Assembly: GCA_003104935.1 (NCBI GenBank)
Contig: PQAE01000002.1
Location: 3,527 to 67,526, forward strand
Direction: 5' to 3'
Source: Parcubacteria group bacterium
GTDB taxonomy: Bacteria > Patescibacteriota > Patescibacteriia > UBA1558 > GWA2-36-10
Length of the DNA: 64,000 bases
Shown: positions 43,983 to 53,535 of the stretch, in pieces
Layout of the letters: each line of letters begins with the position of its first letter
How positions within the stretch are numbered: position 1 is the stretch's first letter
The notes under the pieces: model-generated
Database searches by the model: none
What the model saw: the letters and a program-made list of their open reading frames with translations, nothing else
What the model was told of the DNA's origin: nothing
Position numbers and translations under genes: made by a program

Positions 43983-45036
43983 TGTTCAGGTTTTCCGCCA
44001 TTTTTTTGCTAGTAAAATGGCTGACGACTCTGCTCCGCGCCGCCCAGGCCAAAGTTTGAGCAAAACTGACCTTGTTTAAAATTTTAATTTTCGCGGTGAT
44101 ATCAGCGGCATCGTAAAAATTTACGGTTAATAATTCCTCGTTATCACCGGCATAGTCCGCCAAATATTTCTTACGGCTGGCGATAATGGGCAAGCCCGAG
44201 GACATAGCATCCAACAAAACGGTCTGGCCGGAGCAATCCGAGCCGTCCTGATACTGATCGTCATGGGTGATAAGTAGAAGCATTTTAGCAGATTTATACA
44301 GTATTTTCAACTCTTTTATGGGCAGACCGTAGGTCACCCGGACATTATCCGGTACGTCCAAACCGGCGATATTCCAGCGGCCGCAGACTACTGCAAAACG
44401 CTCCTGGGGCATTTTTCTGGCCACTTGGAATAAAGTCTGATAATCCCGGCCGTTATCCTTGCCCACCGCTAAAATATCTTTATTATTCATAAAGTCCAGA
44501 GGCGACCAAAACTGTTCATCCGCTCCTAGAGGAACGAAATGTAGTTTATTTCGGTCCAGCTGATGATTATTAACTAAATCGTCGATCTGAAAATGAGACA
44601 GACAGACGATGGCGTCAAATTGTCCGGCCCAGTATCGGATAAATTTGTATTTTAAAAAGCTGGGCCTATTTTTGTGCAGGGTGCGGTTGAGACTGATATT
44701 TAATAAAACAAACTTGGTTTTTAACCTAAATATTTTTTTAAAAATAATGTTATAAAGCAGAGAAGATCCAAAAACCAAGTCGTAATCTTTAATAAACTTA
44801 GTCAGTAAAATGTGTTTCCAGATAAAAGGCAGTTTGGAAATAATTTTATTTGACCGAAAAACATCATGGATGTCTTTATATTCGGCGTCCAGACCAAACT
44901 CTTTCAGGTAATTCAAACCATAAAAAGGAGTATCCGGAAAATCTCGGTGAATTTCCCCGGAATAAACCTGACTCCTCCGGCCGGAAAATAAATATAAAAT
45001 TTTTGGATTGTTTTTAGTCATTTTTAAAATAAGCAA
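43960..45036 (-). CDS. Glycosyltransferase, GT-B fold (GT1/GT4-like)
   Basis: The C-terminal domain has GQTVLLDAMSSGLPIIASRKKYLADYAG. Confidence 0.55.
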   Translation of the reverse strand: MLILKMTKNNPKILYLFSGRRSQVYSGEIHRDFPDTPFYGLNYLKEFGLDAEYKDIHDVFRSNKIISKLPFIWKHILLTKFIKDYDLVFGSSLLYNIIFKKIFRLKTKFVLLNISLNRTLHKNRPSFLKYKFIRYWAGQFDAIVCLSHFQIDDLVNNHQLDRNKLHFVPLGADEQFWSPLDFMNNKDILAVGKDNGRDYQTLFQVARKMPQERFAVVCGRWNIAGLDVPDNVRVTYGLPIKELKILYKSAKMLLLITHDDQYQDGSDCSGQTVLLDAMSSGLPIIASRKKYLADYAGDNEELLTVNFYDAADITAKIKILNKVSFAQTLAWAARSRVVSHFTSKKMAENLNIVFRKLL

Positions 45037-45739
45037 TCAAGATAGCGTTGCCGGCCCGATAAGGAAAATCATAGCGACAAACCCAGGCCTCGGCGGCTGT
45101 TATTTCCGACCACTGATTGTCCTTAGTTTTACGTTGCATAAAATATTGCTCGTCCGGACTTATTTTGCCCCGACGAATATAATCGTCTAAGCTATGGTTA
45201 TAGCCGATGGGTATGGTAAAGATCAGTTGGCCTCCGACCGCCAGACAACTCCGCAAATTTTCGAGCACAGCTATGATCTTATCGGGATCACGACTGCCGT
45301 CGTCCCGCCCGATATGTTCCAGGGTAGAGACGCTTACTATCAAATCATATTTTTCAACCGCCTTAAAATCGGCTGCATCCTGATTGATCACTCCGGGATA
45401 TTTTTCATATTTATCTAAAATATCTCCAGGAAACTTAAAATAGTGCGACAAAACATTGCCCACTTCCAGGATGTGCCGGTCTTTATTTTTAGAAATAATA
45501 TCCTGCATGATTGCTATTTCAACCGAGCGCTCATTGAGATTAGTAAAATTATAGCGGTGATAAAAATATCTATACTGTTCGCCGCCGTATGTAAAATATC
45601 TCGGGCCGCGAAGATATTTATCATAAAAATAAGCCAAATATCGCCGAAAATAATTAGTATAAACCACCCGGAACGCCGAGCGCCAAGTTGTTGCCCTACG
45701 GCCCAAATCAGCCTGATTTTCTACATAACGCAAACCCAT
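45014..45739 (-). CDS. Probable SAM-dependent methyltransferase-like protein
   Basis: ILEVGNVLSHYF...YDLIVSVSTLEHIG...LAVGGQLIFTIP is a weak class I MTase pattern. Confidence 0.4.
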   Translation of the reverse strand: MGLRYVENQADLGRRATTWRSAFRVVYTNYFRRYLAYFYDKYLRGPRYFTYGGEQYRYFYHRYNFTNLNERSVEIAIMQDIISKNKDRHILEVGNVLSHYFKFPGDILDKYEKYPGVINQDAADFKAVEKYDLIVSVSTLEHIGRDDGSRDPDKIIAVLENLRSCLAVGGQLIFTIPIGYNHSLDDYIRRGKISPDEQYFMQRKTKDNQWSEITAAEAWVCRYDFPYRAGNAILIAYFKND

Positions 45740-45743
45740 GAAA

Positions 45744-46370
45744 CTATTTCTCCGCTTCCAAAATTAAGGTTAATCCTTGGATAAAAAATATTCTTTGCAC
45801 TTTAGATATAAAATCCGGCGATAGATTAAACATTCGGATTAATCTGCCCAGACCGGTGTGACAGCGAAAATCGGTAGAAATCTTAATTTTTTTAAAACCG
45901 GCATCCAAGGCCACTCTTTTTAAACTTTCCTTTGTAAAAGGTCGCAAATGGGTGTAATCATCCCAGAAAAACCTGTTTAAAGCATAAGGGCAATTTGGCG
46001 TCAGAATCACTGCTCGGCCGCCAGCTTTTAGTAAACGATGTATCTGCTTCATAAAAACCAAGGGATTACCGAGATGCTCAATGAGCTGTTTAGCATAAAT
46101 CCCCTGATAATAATCTCCCGGCAATTGATCCAATTCTGCCGGTATATCAATCTTCTTTACTTTCAGGCCGCGCTCCCAGCAAATTTTCAGAGAATCATTG
46201 TCTTTTTCTATGCCTTCGATAATATCGGGATGGGTGGCGATGAAATTTCCGGTGGCGCAACCCATATCCAAAATCGGACCGGGATTATTTTTAAACCAAC
46301 GGTCAAAATAAAAATTTTCAAACCAGAGGTTTTCCTTGGACTTATACTGGTGGTTAGAGTAGTAGCTCAT
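45744..46370 (-). CDS. Class I SAM-dependent methyltransferase
   Basis: ILDMGCATGNFIA...GIEKD...LLKAGGRAVILTPN. Confidence 0.7.
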   Translation of the reverse strand: MSYYSNHQYKSKENLWFENFYFDRWFKNNPGPILDMGCATGNFIATHPDIIEGIEKDNDSLKICWERGLKVKKIDIPAELDQLPGDYYQGIYAKQLIEHLGNPLVFMKQIHRLLKAGGRAVILTPNCPYALNRFFWDDYTHLRPFTKESLKRVALDAGFKKIKISTDFRCHTGLGRLIRMFNLSPDFISKVQRIFFIQGLTLILEAEK

Positions 46371-47436
46371 ACAAATTTATATATTTCTTGATTATTACAG
46401 ACCAATCAAATTTCTTGGCAAACTCTAAAGAATTTTGGCTAAATCTCTGCCGTAAGCCCTTGTCGCCCAGTATCTTGTCCAGAGCTTGCGCTGCCGAATC
46501 AAAGTTATTTGCCTTGGCTAAAAATCCGTTTTGTCCGTCCTGCACGGCGTCCTCGGCGCCGCTATCTTTAGTGCCGACGACCGGCAGGCCCAGTGCGGCC
46601 GCTTCCACAAATACCAGACCAAACCCTTCGATGTCAAAATCCACGTTTTGCGGTAGCAGACAAAATAACTCCGCGCTTTTATACAAAGATACTAATTCGG
46701 CGTCAGCGATGCCCTGTTTGATAATTATGCGACTAGCCAAATTTAAATCACTGATCAATTTATTTATTTTATGATAATATTCACCCTGACCAGAGCCGAC
46801 GATAATATACTTTAGGGCGGGATACTGGGCGGCGATCTTAGCAAAAGCCCGGATGCTAAACTCATAGCCCTTGCGCGGCTTCAGTCGCCCGACTGATAAG
46901 ATAAACGGCTCGTCAAGAACAATATATGAAGATTGTTGCTGGACAAAATAATGATAATTAATGCCCGGATTGATAATTTCTACGGATAAATCGGGAATTA
47001 TTTTTTTTATCTCTCCGGCCGAGTAGGAACTGATAGCCGTGACTTTTGAAACTCGTCGATAGATATAAGCGCACAGTGATCGCCAGAACCACCTATGAAG
47101 AGGCTGGATGGATCCGCTACCGATGACGGTAATAATAATCTTCTTCTTCAAACCCCGGCTAAACAGATAGGCTATAATCCCCAAGGGCATAATGTCCATG
47201 GCCTGGACAATATCCGCCTCTCTCAACATTTTTCTGATTTTAAAAAAAGAAAATAATAATTTTATTTTATTTGTACAAAGAATGGCCTGCTCGCGTGGGT
47301 CACCACTTTTGGCCATAGTCAAAACATCGATAGTTATGTCCGGCCGGGCAATATGCAACTGGGTCAATAAATCGTTGCTCAGGCGGCCACCGCCGTTTTT
47401 AAAATCTAAATTGTGAGTTAAAAAACACAACCGCAT
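46354..47436 (-). CDS. Glycosyltransferase family 4
   Basis: EGFGLVFVEAAALGLPVVGTKDSGAEDAVQDGQNGFL. Confidence 0.8.
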   Translation of the reverse strand: MRLCFLTHNLDFKNGGGRLSNDLLTQLHIARPDITIDVLTMAKSGDPREQAILCTNKIKLLFSFFKIRKMLREADIVQAMDIMPLGIIAYLFSRGLKKKIIITVIGSGSIQPLHRWFWRSLCAYIYRRVSKVTAISSYSAGEIKKIIPDLSVEIINPGINYHYFVQQQSSYIVLDEPFILSVGRLKPRKGYEFSIRAFAKIAAQYPALKYIIVGSGQGEYYHKINKLISDLNLASRIIIKQGIADAELVSLYKSAELFCLLPQNVDFDIEGFGLVFVEAAALGLPVVGTKDSGAEDAVQDGQNGFLAKANNFDSAAQALDKILGDKGLRQRFSQNSLEFAKKFDWSVIIKKYINLYELLL

Positions 47437-47437
47437 A

Positions 47438-48469
47438 CTAAAATAATTTTAGCACCTCTTTAAACAAATCACCCAGCTCGTGATTATCGACGACATATTG
47501 ATGAATCCTCTGCCGCAAAGCTTCGTTATCTTTTTGCACTAAAGACAAAATATCTGCGCTTAGATGATCAAAATTATTAACCGCCATCTGCGGCTCTAAG
47601 GTGTTTAATATTTTTATGGCTGATTCATTGGATGAAAAAACCAGTGAGCCGCAACTCATAGCTTCCAAAATAGTCTTGTCCAGACTGGCCGTCTGACTAA
47701 AATTTAAAAAAACATCGGCCCATTCGTAAAGAAAAGGCGTTTGATAATTTGGCACACTGCCTAAAAACTCCACCTGACTGGACAGATTTCTTTCTCGCAC
47801 CAGTTGTTTTAAACTATCCAGACATTGATGGTCTTGGGGCAAGCTGGCCTGGCCTGCGATCTTTAAAACCACTTCTTGGCCTCTAGATTTGAGCTCGGCC
47901 GCCAGGACTATCATCTTATCTATATTTTTCACCGGCGAAATACGGCTGACGCTGAGTAATCTTAATTCCCGATGAGCCGGCCGTTTTTTACAAACAAAAA
48001 TATCCCCGTCTATGCCCTGATGTAAAACTATTTTTTTCTTGCTGTTTAGTTTAAATCCCGCTTCGGTGGAGGTCACTATCTTGTCAACCAACATATTTAA
48101 CAGGCGCACTTTGAAGGAAACGGCTCCGTGGGCATACCAGGCGATTAGTTTTTTATGAAATATTTTGGCGTAGGGGCTGATCAAAATGCCGTATTCAGGA
48201 TTTTGATGGCTGAAGATGCCATCCACTTTCGGCACCAGCTGCCAGGCCAGCTTTTGAAAGACAAAAAACTCCCGCAGACGATTTTTGCCTTTTTCCTTGC
48301 CCAGGGAATGAATATTTACATTTTCAGGCAAACCAAAGGTATTTCCTTTTTCCAGACAAATTACCGCCAGTTGGCTGACCTGACCGGCCATTTTTTTTAT
48401 CCAATAATAAGTAAAGCCGGCTAAGCCGTCGTCTTTATCTACTTTGCGTGTGATAAATAATATTTTCAT
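47438..48469 (-). CDS. Glycosyltransferase, GT4-like
   Basis: The GT-B C-terminal domain has LDKTILEAMSCGSLVFSS. Confidence 0.6.
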   Translation of the reverse strand: MKILFITRKVDKDDGLAGFTYYWIKKMAGQVSQLAVICLEKGNTFGLPENVNIHSLGKEKGKNRLREFFVFQKLAWQLVPKVDGIFSHQNPEYGILISPYAKIFHKKLIAWYAHGAVSFKVRLLNMLVDKIVTSTEAGFKLNSKKKIVLHQGIDGDIFVCKKRPAHRELRLLSVSRISPVKNIDKMIVLAAELKSRGQEVVLKIAGQASLPQDHQCLDSLKQLVRERNLSSQVEFLGSVPNYQTPFLYEWADVFLNFSQTASLDKTILEAMSCGSLVFSSNESAIKILNTLEPQMAVNNFDHLSADILSLVQKDNEALRQRIHQYVVDNHELGDLFKEVLKLF

Positions 48470-48470
48470 A

Positions 48471-49619
48471 CTAACCGGCTAGTCTTTGCCAAAAGTCAAA
48501 AATCTTCCGCTCGGCCAAGGCCTGACTATAACTGGCCGCATACTTTTTCTGAGCGGCCGATCCCGTCAGTTTGACCAAGTCATGTTCGCTTAGTAACAAA
48601 TCTAATTTATCCACAGTCTGTTTCAAATTATTCACGCCCACCAGCCAACCGGTCTGCTCATCATCTATAATAGTCGAGGCCCCCAAAGTGTGTGAAGCCA
48701 ATGTCGGTGTGCCTCGCAAACCGGCTTCGATAATAACTTTGCCGAAACTTTCATTGGTTGATAAAAGTAAGAGTAAATAAGCGGCCTGATAATAATCTAC
48801 TAAAAGTTGCTGTTCTTTTTCGCCCAGCAAATATACTTGCTCCGGCAAATAATTTTGATCGATTAAAGTATGGATATGGCCGCGCTGGTTTCCTTCACCG
48901 ATAATCAGCAAAACAAAATCGTCGCGGCGTTTTTTTAATTCTTTAATTGTTTGCACCATAAAAAGCAGATTTTTCGCCGCGACCAAGCGTCCGACAAAAA
49001 GCAAAATCTTTTTCCCGTATTTGTTTTGGATTTCCCGCACCTTATCTCCAGCGGGACTGAGCGCAAATATTTTTTCGTTTATGGGTGTGTTGATTACTTC
49101 TATTTTATCGGACACCATTCCGGAAGCAACTAATTTATCTTTTATTTTTTGACTAACCACTCTGATGCCCTGTGCCTGGCGCACTACTTTTTTCTGAATA
49201 ATATTATAAATGGGATTTTTCCAGGATTCTCTCAGCCAATAATCATTGTCCCAGAAATCCCCGTGAAAATGCACTTCCAGTGGTTTTTGAAAACGCCTCG
49301 CCAGCCAAGAACCCACTAGTCCGGTGGCGTGCGGATCCTGACAATCAATCAAATCATATTTATATTTAGCAAATAATTTCTTGCCCCAAGAAAAAGCGCG
49401 GACCATAGAAAAAATATTATTACCCAGACCATAGGCCCGACAATTATCCGCCAGATCGCTGATCCCCACGGCCCCGTTGCCGATGACGATGATGTCTAGC
49501 CTTTTTAAATGGCCGGCATAAGCCCGATGTCTTTGCGCCACATCTATTTCATCCCCGTGCTTTAACAGGCCGGGGTCGGTACTGATCATTAAAATGGATA
49601 TTTCAGCTAAGGGCTTCAT
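48471..49619 (-). CDS. Glycosyltransferase family 4
   Basis: ESFGKVIIEAGLRGTPTLASHTLGASTIIDDEQTGWLV. Confidence 0.75.
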   Translation of the reverse strand: MKPLAEISILMISTDPGLLKHGDEIDVAQRHRAYAGHLKRLDIIVIGNGAVGISDLADNCRAYGLGNNIFSMVRAFSWGKKLFAKYKYDLIDCQDPHATGLVGSWLARRFQKPLEVHFHGDFWDNDYWLRESWKNPIYNIIQKKVVRQAQGIRVVSQKIKDKLVASGMVSDKIEVINTPINEKIFALSPAGDKVREIQNKYGKKILLFVGRLVAAKNLLFMVQTIKELKKRRDDFVLLIIGEGNQRGHIHTLIDQNYLPEQVYLLGEKEQQLLVDYYQAAYLLLLLSTNESFGKVIIEAGLRGTPTLASHTLGASTIIDDEQTGWLVGVNNLKQTVDKLDLLLSEHDLVKLTGSAAQKKYAASYSQALAERKIFDFWQRLAG

Positions 49620-49620
49620 A

Positions 49621-51066
49621 TTATCGGGTAACGAATTTTTTAGCTAATTTGAATTCTATTGGGAAAGCAAAAAATTTCAATTTCCATCGCAATTTGCATA
49701 AGAGCACAAAGCCCAATTTCAGCCAGTGATTGGCTTTGATGCTTGATCCCATGGCATTTTTGACGCTGTGTGCCCCAAAGCGGACATAAGCCTCCATAGA
49801 TTCCACAAAATCCTTATCTTTTACCCAGGGAAAATTTTGCACCGTCAGATAGCTAAGTTCATTGGAGATCAAGTGCGACCACTCCTGTGTGGTTTGCGGC
49901 GCGCGCCAGCCCGACTGGATACACTCTTCGTATAGCTCCGACCCGGGATAGGGGCGGAATGCCTGCGGTCCTAAAATCTGAATTTTATCCGAGAGTTTAA
50001 CCAACTTGTCAATCAAATCCAGAGTCTGCATCATATCTGACTTAGTTTCTCCGGGCAGACCGATCATGAAAGAATATTGAGGGATGATCCCGCTCCGCAA
50101 ACACATCTCAGCCGAACGGATAACATCAGCCGCGGTCATATCTTTCTTTATCTTGCTTAAAATAATGGGACTGCCTGACTCGGCGCCGAAAGAAAGCAAA
50201 TAACAACCCGAGGCCTTGAGCTTGTGCAAAAAATCCTGACCGATTACGCCTTCTTTGACATAAGCGGCGCGCACCGTAGTTTCCCAAGGTATTTGCAAGC
50301 CGCGCTCGATCATACCATCAATGATGGCTTTGGCCCGGTTAATATCCACAAAAAAATTCTCGTCCCAAAAACGCACGCCCTTACCGGTAAAATATGGCTT
50401 GTGCTTGATGATGTCCACATCACTTAAAACTTGTTCCACGGTCCGGGCTCGCCAGCGATTGCGCAAAATAGCATTGATGCAAAAAGTACAACGGTGCGGA
50501 CAGCCACGGGAGGTCAGTGATGGCACTAAAGCTAAATTTTTTAAAACACTATCCGGCATCAATTCCCACTTAAATAGCGGCGTTTCCGAAACAACGTGTA
50601 GCTCCCGAGGTTTATTAATCTTTATATTTTCGCCTTGTTTATAGACTATGCCGTCTATTTCCTCCCAGGGTCGGCCGCTAACAATATCATAAGCAGTTAG
50701 TTCGCCTTCCCCTACACAGACGATGTCAATCACCGGCTCGGTGATAGTCTGGTCCTTGAAAAAAGTGGGATGAGTGCCGCCCCAGATAATCTTGCAACCT
50801 GGATTGAGTTCCCTAATCAGCTGGCTGATTTCCAAAGCGTGCGGTAACTGAGTGGTCATAACCGAGATGCCGACATAATCAAAGTCCTTGATTTTTTCTT
50901 TGATCAGATCCAAATAATTTTTCTGCCGGGCGCCGTCTACGATCTCCACCGGCACGCCTTTACTGTCCAGATAGGTAGCGATGCTTAATAATCCCACGGA
51001 AATGGAGCTGTCGTAGTTTTCCTTGGCGATATTAAAAGGCGGATTAATTAATAATATTTTTCTCAT
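49621..51066 (-). CDS. B12-binding radical SAM enzyme (class B radical SAM; candidate C-methyltransferase)
   Basis: The N-terminal B12-binding-like Rossmann region (KILLINPPF...VGLLSIATYL...VEIVD) is followed by a radical-SAM CxxxCxxC motif (SRGCPHRCTFCIN). Confidence 0.8.
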   Translation of the reverse strand: MRKILLINPPFNIAKENYDSSISVGLLSIATYLDSKGVPVEIVDGARQKNYLDLIKEKIKDFDYVGISVMTTQLPHALEISQLIRELNPGCKIIWGGTHPTFFKDQTITEPVIDIVCVGEGELTAYDIVSGRPWEEIDGIVYKQGENIKINKPRELHVVSETPLFKWELMPDSVLKNLALVPSLTSRGCPHRCTFCINAILRNRWRARTVEQVLSDVDIIKHKPYFTGKGVRFWDENFFVDINRAKAIIDGMIERGLQIPWETTVRAAYVKEGVIGQDFLHKLKASGCYLLSFGAESGSPIILSKIKKDMTAADVIRSAEMCLRSGIIPQYSFMIGLPGETKSDMMQTLDLIDKLVKLSDKIQILGPQAFRPYPGSELYEECIQSGWRAPQTTQEWSHLISNELSYLTVQNFPWVKDKDFVESMEAYVRFGAHSVKNAMGSSIKANHWLKLGFVLLCKLRWKLKFFAFPIEFKLAKKFVTR

Positions 51067-52208
51067 TTTAATTCCTCCAATAACCGGGCAGTTTGATTTA
51101 TGTTTTCCTGCCAGTTAAATTTTGCTAATTTTGTTTTGGCGTTTTTGACCAGTCGAGTAGCTAGGTCGGGATTACTAAAAATATTTTCCGTTGCCGCCAG
51201 CAACTGCTCCGTATTATTATACTCAACCAATAAACCCTCCTGATTGTGTTCTATAACTTCCGGATTGCCGCCGACATTAGTAGTGATGATCGGCACCTCG
51301 GCCTTCATGGCCTCAAGCAAAGTATGTGACAGACCCTCGTAATTGGTATTCAAAATAAATAGATTGGCCGCCCGCAGATAATTTATTACTTGCTGTTGTT
51401 GCACCTTACCGATAAATTTCACTTGTTCATTTAAAGCCAGTTGCGCGGTCAGCCGCTGTAGTTTCATTAATTCCGGGCCCGCGCCTAAAACCAATAACTG
51501 CACAACGCCGAATTTCCTCTGTAAAGGTTTTAATATCCTAATTATTCCGTCTATACCTTTCCAGGGCATCAGACGGCAAGCGGTTACGATTACCTTAGAT
51601 CCGGGTGTAAAATGTTTCTGGATATCCTCCACAGCCCGAGGATCAATCTGTTCCTCTAGCCAATCGACCGAATTGTAAATCAGCTTTATTTTATTTTTTG
51701 CCACACCGATTTTTTCGGCTACAGTCGACAAAAAATTACTGACCGCGATAACGCCGTCGGCTTGCAGTAAAATCAGGCGGCGGCGTTCTTTTAATTTTTC
51801 TATTTTTTGGCCATAGACTTTTTTTTCAAAATCTAAAATATAATCCGTGGTCCAACTCCTAGCCGTAGCGGTTTCCCAGGCGGCATCGCCAGCAAAACGT
51901 ATTACATATTTTTTGCCCAGAAATCTCTTTAGTAAATAAGCGAAATAACCCACACTGTATACATCAGTAACGTAAATAATATCTGTTTTTTTGGCTAATA
52001 TTAGCATCTTTACGAAGTAACGCAAAAATTTGAACGGCCTATTTTTTAAAATCCGGTGCACTTTATCGCCGCTGACATTTTTATCAGCGTAAGTGATAAC
52101 CTCGATTCTGAAACCGCGCTGTTCCAAAGAATGCACCAATGAATTGATGATAGTGGCCGGACCGCCAATATCAGGAGGATATATTCCTGTCGCAATCAAT
52201 ACTTTCAT
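51063..52208 (-). CDS. Glycosyltransferase family 4
   Basis: EGLSHTLLEAMKAEVPIITTNVGGNPEVIEHNQEGLLV. Confidence 0.75.
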   Translation of the reverse strand: MKVLIATGIYPPDIGGPATIINSLVHSLEQRGFRIEVITYADKNVSGDKVHRILKNRPFKFLRYFVKMLILAKKTDIIYVTDVYSVGYFAYLLKRFLGKKYVIRFAGDAAWETATARSWTTDYILDFEKKVYGQKIEKLKERRRLILLQADGVIAVSNFLSTVAEKIGVAKNKIKLIYNSVDWLEEQIDPRAVEDIQKHFTPGSKVIVTACRLMPWKGIDGIIRILKPLQRKFGVVQLLVLGAGPELMKLQRLTAQLALNEQVKFIGKVQQQQVINYLRAANLFILNTNYEGLSHTLLEAMKAEVPIITTNVGGNPEVIEHNQEGLLVEYNNTEQLLAATENIFSNPDLATRLVKNAKTKLAKFNWQENINQTARLLEELK

Positions 52209-52211
52209 AAA

Positions 52212-53348
52212 TTAAATCATTTTTTCCTGAAATATTAAACCGATTTTCCGGGCAATTACGTCACAATTATATTTTTCTCTGACCAATCTTTGCGCCTGCT
52301 CTTTTACTTTCCGATATAATTCGTGATCATGAACGTATTTTTCTACAGCCAAAGCAATACTCGCCGGATGCTTTAGCTGACAAAATAAACCGGTCTCTCC
52401 CTCGATTATAAAATCCGACAGAGATCCGATAGACGGACCAATCGTGGGCACACCCATGGCCATGGATTCTAAAAACGACCTGCCCAATGTGGGTATTGTC
52501 GTGGGTTTGATAAAAATATCGGCTATTTCCAGATAACGGGCGACTTCGCCGGGCTCCTGCTGACCCGCCAAGAGCACATAATCACCGACGGAAAAATCAG
52601 CGGCCAACTGGCTGAGCTTCATAGCTCCAGCACCGTCACCCACCAAGATCAAAACTGCCGGCAAACCGCTTTTATAAATTATAAAGTTTAATGCCTTGAT
52701 CAAATCCGCCTGGCCGTTTGTCTGGTTCAGGTCTCCGCAACTGATCAAAACCAGATCGTCTGGTTCTATACCTAACTCGCGCCGAAAATTAATTTTCTCC
52801 TCTGTCGTCAGCCGCGGCTGAAAAATACTTTGATCCATTCCGGACGGAATTAAAAAAATTTCCGCCTTGGCGCCGAACTTGCGGCAACGTTGGCCTAAAA
52901 ATTTATTTACCACTTGGATACATTTGGCTTTGCGGTAAATGCGTTTGAAATAAAATCCCCATAATTGGATTTTCTTTTTCAGCTCCTCACTGGTGGCCGT
53001 ACTTTGTTCGGTTAAAAGATAAGGCACTTTACTGCGATTTCGAAATAATAAAGTAGCCAATCCCGAGCTCAGGGTGTCCAAGCACCAGGCAAAATCAAAC
53101 TTGATTGCTTTATGTAAATTAGCCGCCATAGCTATAGCACGCCAGGTAAACATATATTTGTCAATCCTACTACCATTTCCGACAAAATAGACATTAATAG
53201 GCCCCAATTTGCCCTGTTTTGGGCTATTTTTATCAAATCTATCAGTAATCAGATAAAAATCAAAATCCGGCAAACGAGAGCAGGTCTCCCGCAAAGCCGT
53301 TTCTGTGGTTTGGGCTAAAGAATATGAAAAAATCAATATTTTCTTCAT
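52212..53348 (-). CDS. Glycosyltransferase family 4
   Basis: LGRSFLESMAMGVPTIGPSIGSLSDFIIEGETGLF. Confidence 0.7.
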   Translation of the reverse strand: MKKILIFSYSLAQTTETALRETCSRLPDFDFYLITDRFDKNSPKQGKLGPINVYFVGNGSRIDKYMFTWRAIAMAANLHKAIKFDFAWCLDTLSSGLATLLFRNRSKVPYLLTEQSTATSEELKKKIQLWGFYFKRIYRKAKCIQVVNKFLGQRCRKFGAKAEIFLIPSGMDQSIFQPRLTTEEKINFRRELGIEPDDLVLISCGDLNQTNGQADLIKALNFIIYKSGLPAVLILVGDGAGAMKLSQLAADFSVGDYVLLAGQQEPGEVARYLEIADIFIKPTTIPTLGRSFLESMAMGVPTIGPSIGSLSDFIIEGETGLFCQLKHPASIALAVEKYVHDHELYRKVKEQAQRLVREKYNCDVIARKIGLIFQEKMI

Positions 53349-53535
53349 CCCGTTAGAAATTTATCAATATATTAAACATTTTTAAAAAAATAAGACCTTC
53401 TATCTCAATTGATTTATTGCCTACTAAAATTTATAAATATGTAAAATTTATAACGGGATTCATACTCTGACTTGCTTTATCGGCATAAATCAAATAAAAT
53501 TATAACAGGATTGACGATATAAATCAATATAAATT

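Noticed and set aside
45014-45739. Calling 45014..45739 a glycosyltransferase because it sits among GT4 genes
   Set aside because: The sequence has a Rossmann-like pattern with acidic residues after beta-strands (VGNV...DLIVSVSTLEH) more consistent with a SAM methyltransferase than with a GT-B fold. It is kept as a low-confidence MTase-like protein.
53349-53535. Intergenic 187 bp between divergent GT4 genes, including the 64-aa ORF 53490..53684 and repeated AAATTTATAA motifs
   Set aside because: The ORF overlaps the start of the well-supported plus-strand GT4 and is low complexity. The AT-rich repeats are probably promoter or UP-element sequence. No convincing -35/-10 pair could be assigned, so no feature was called.
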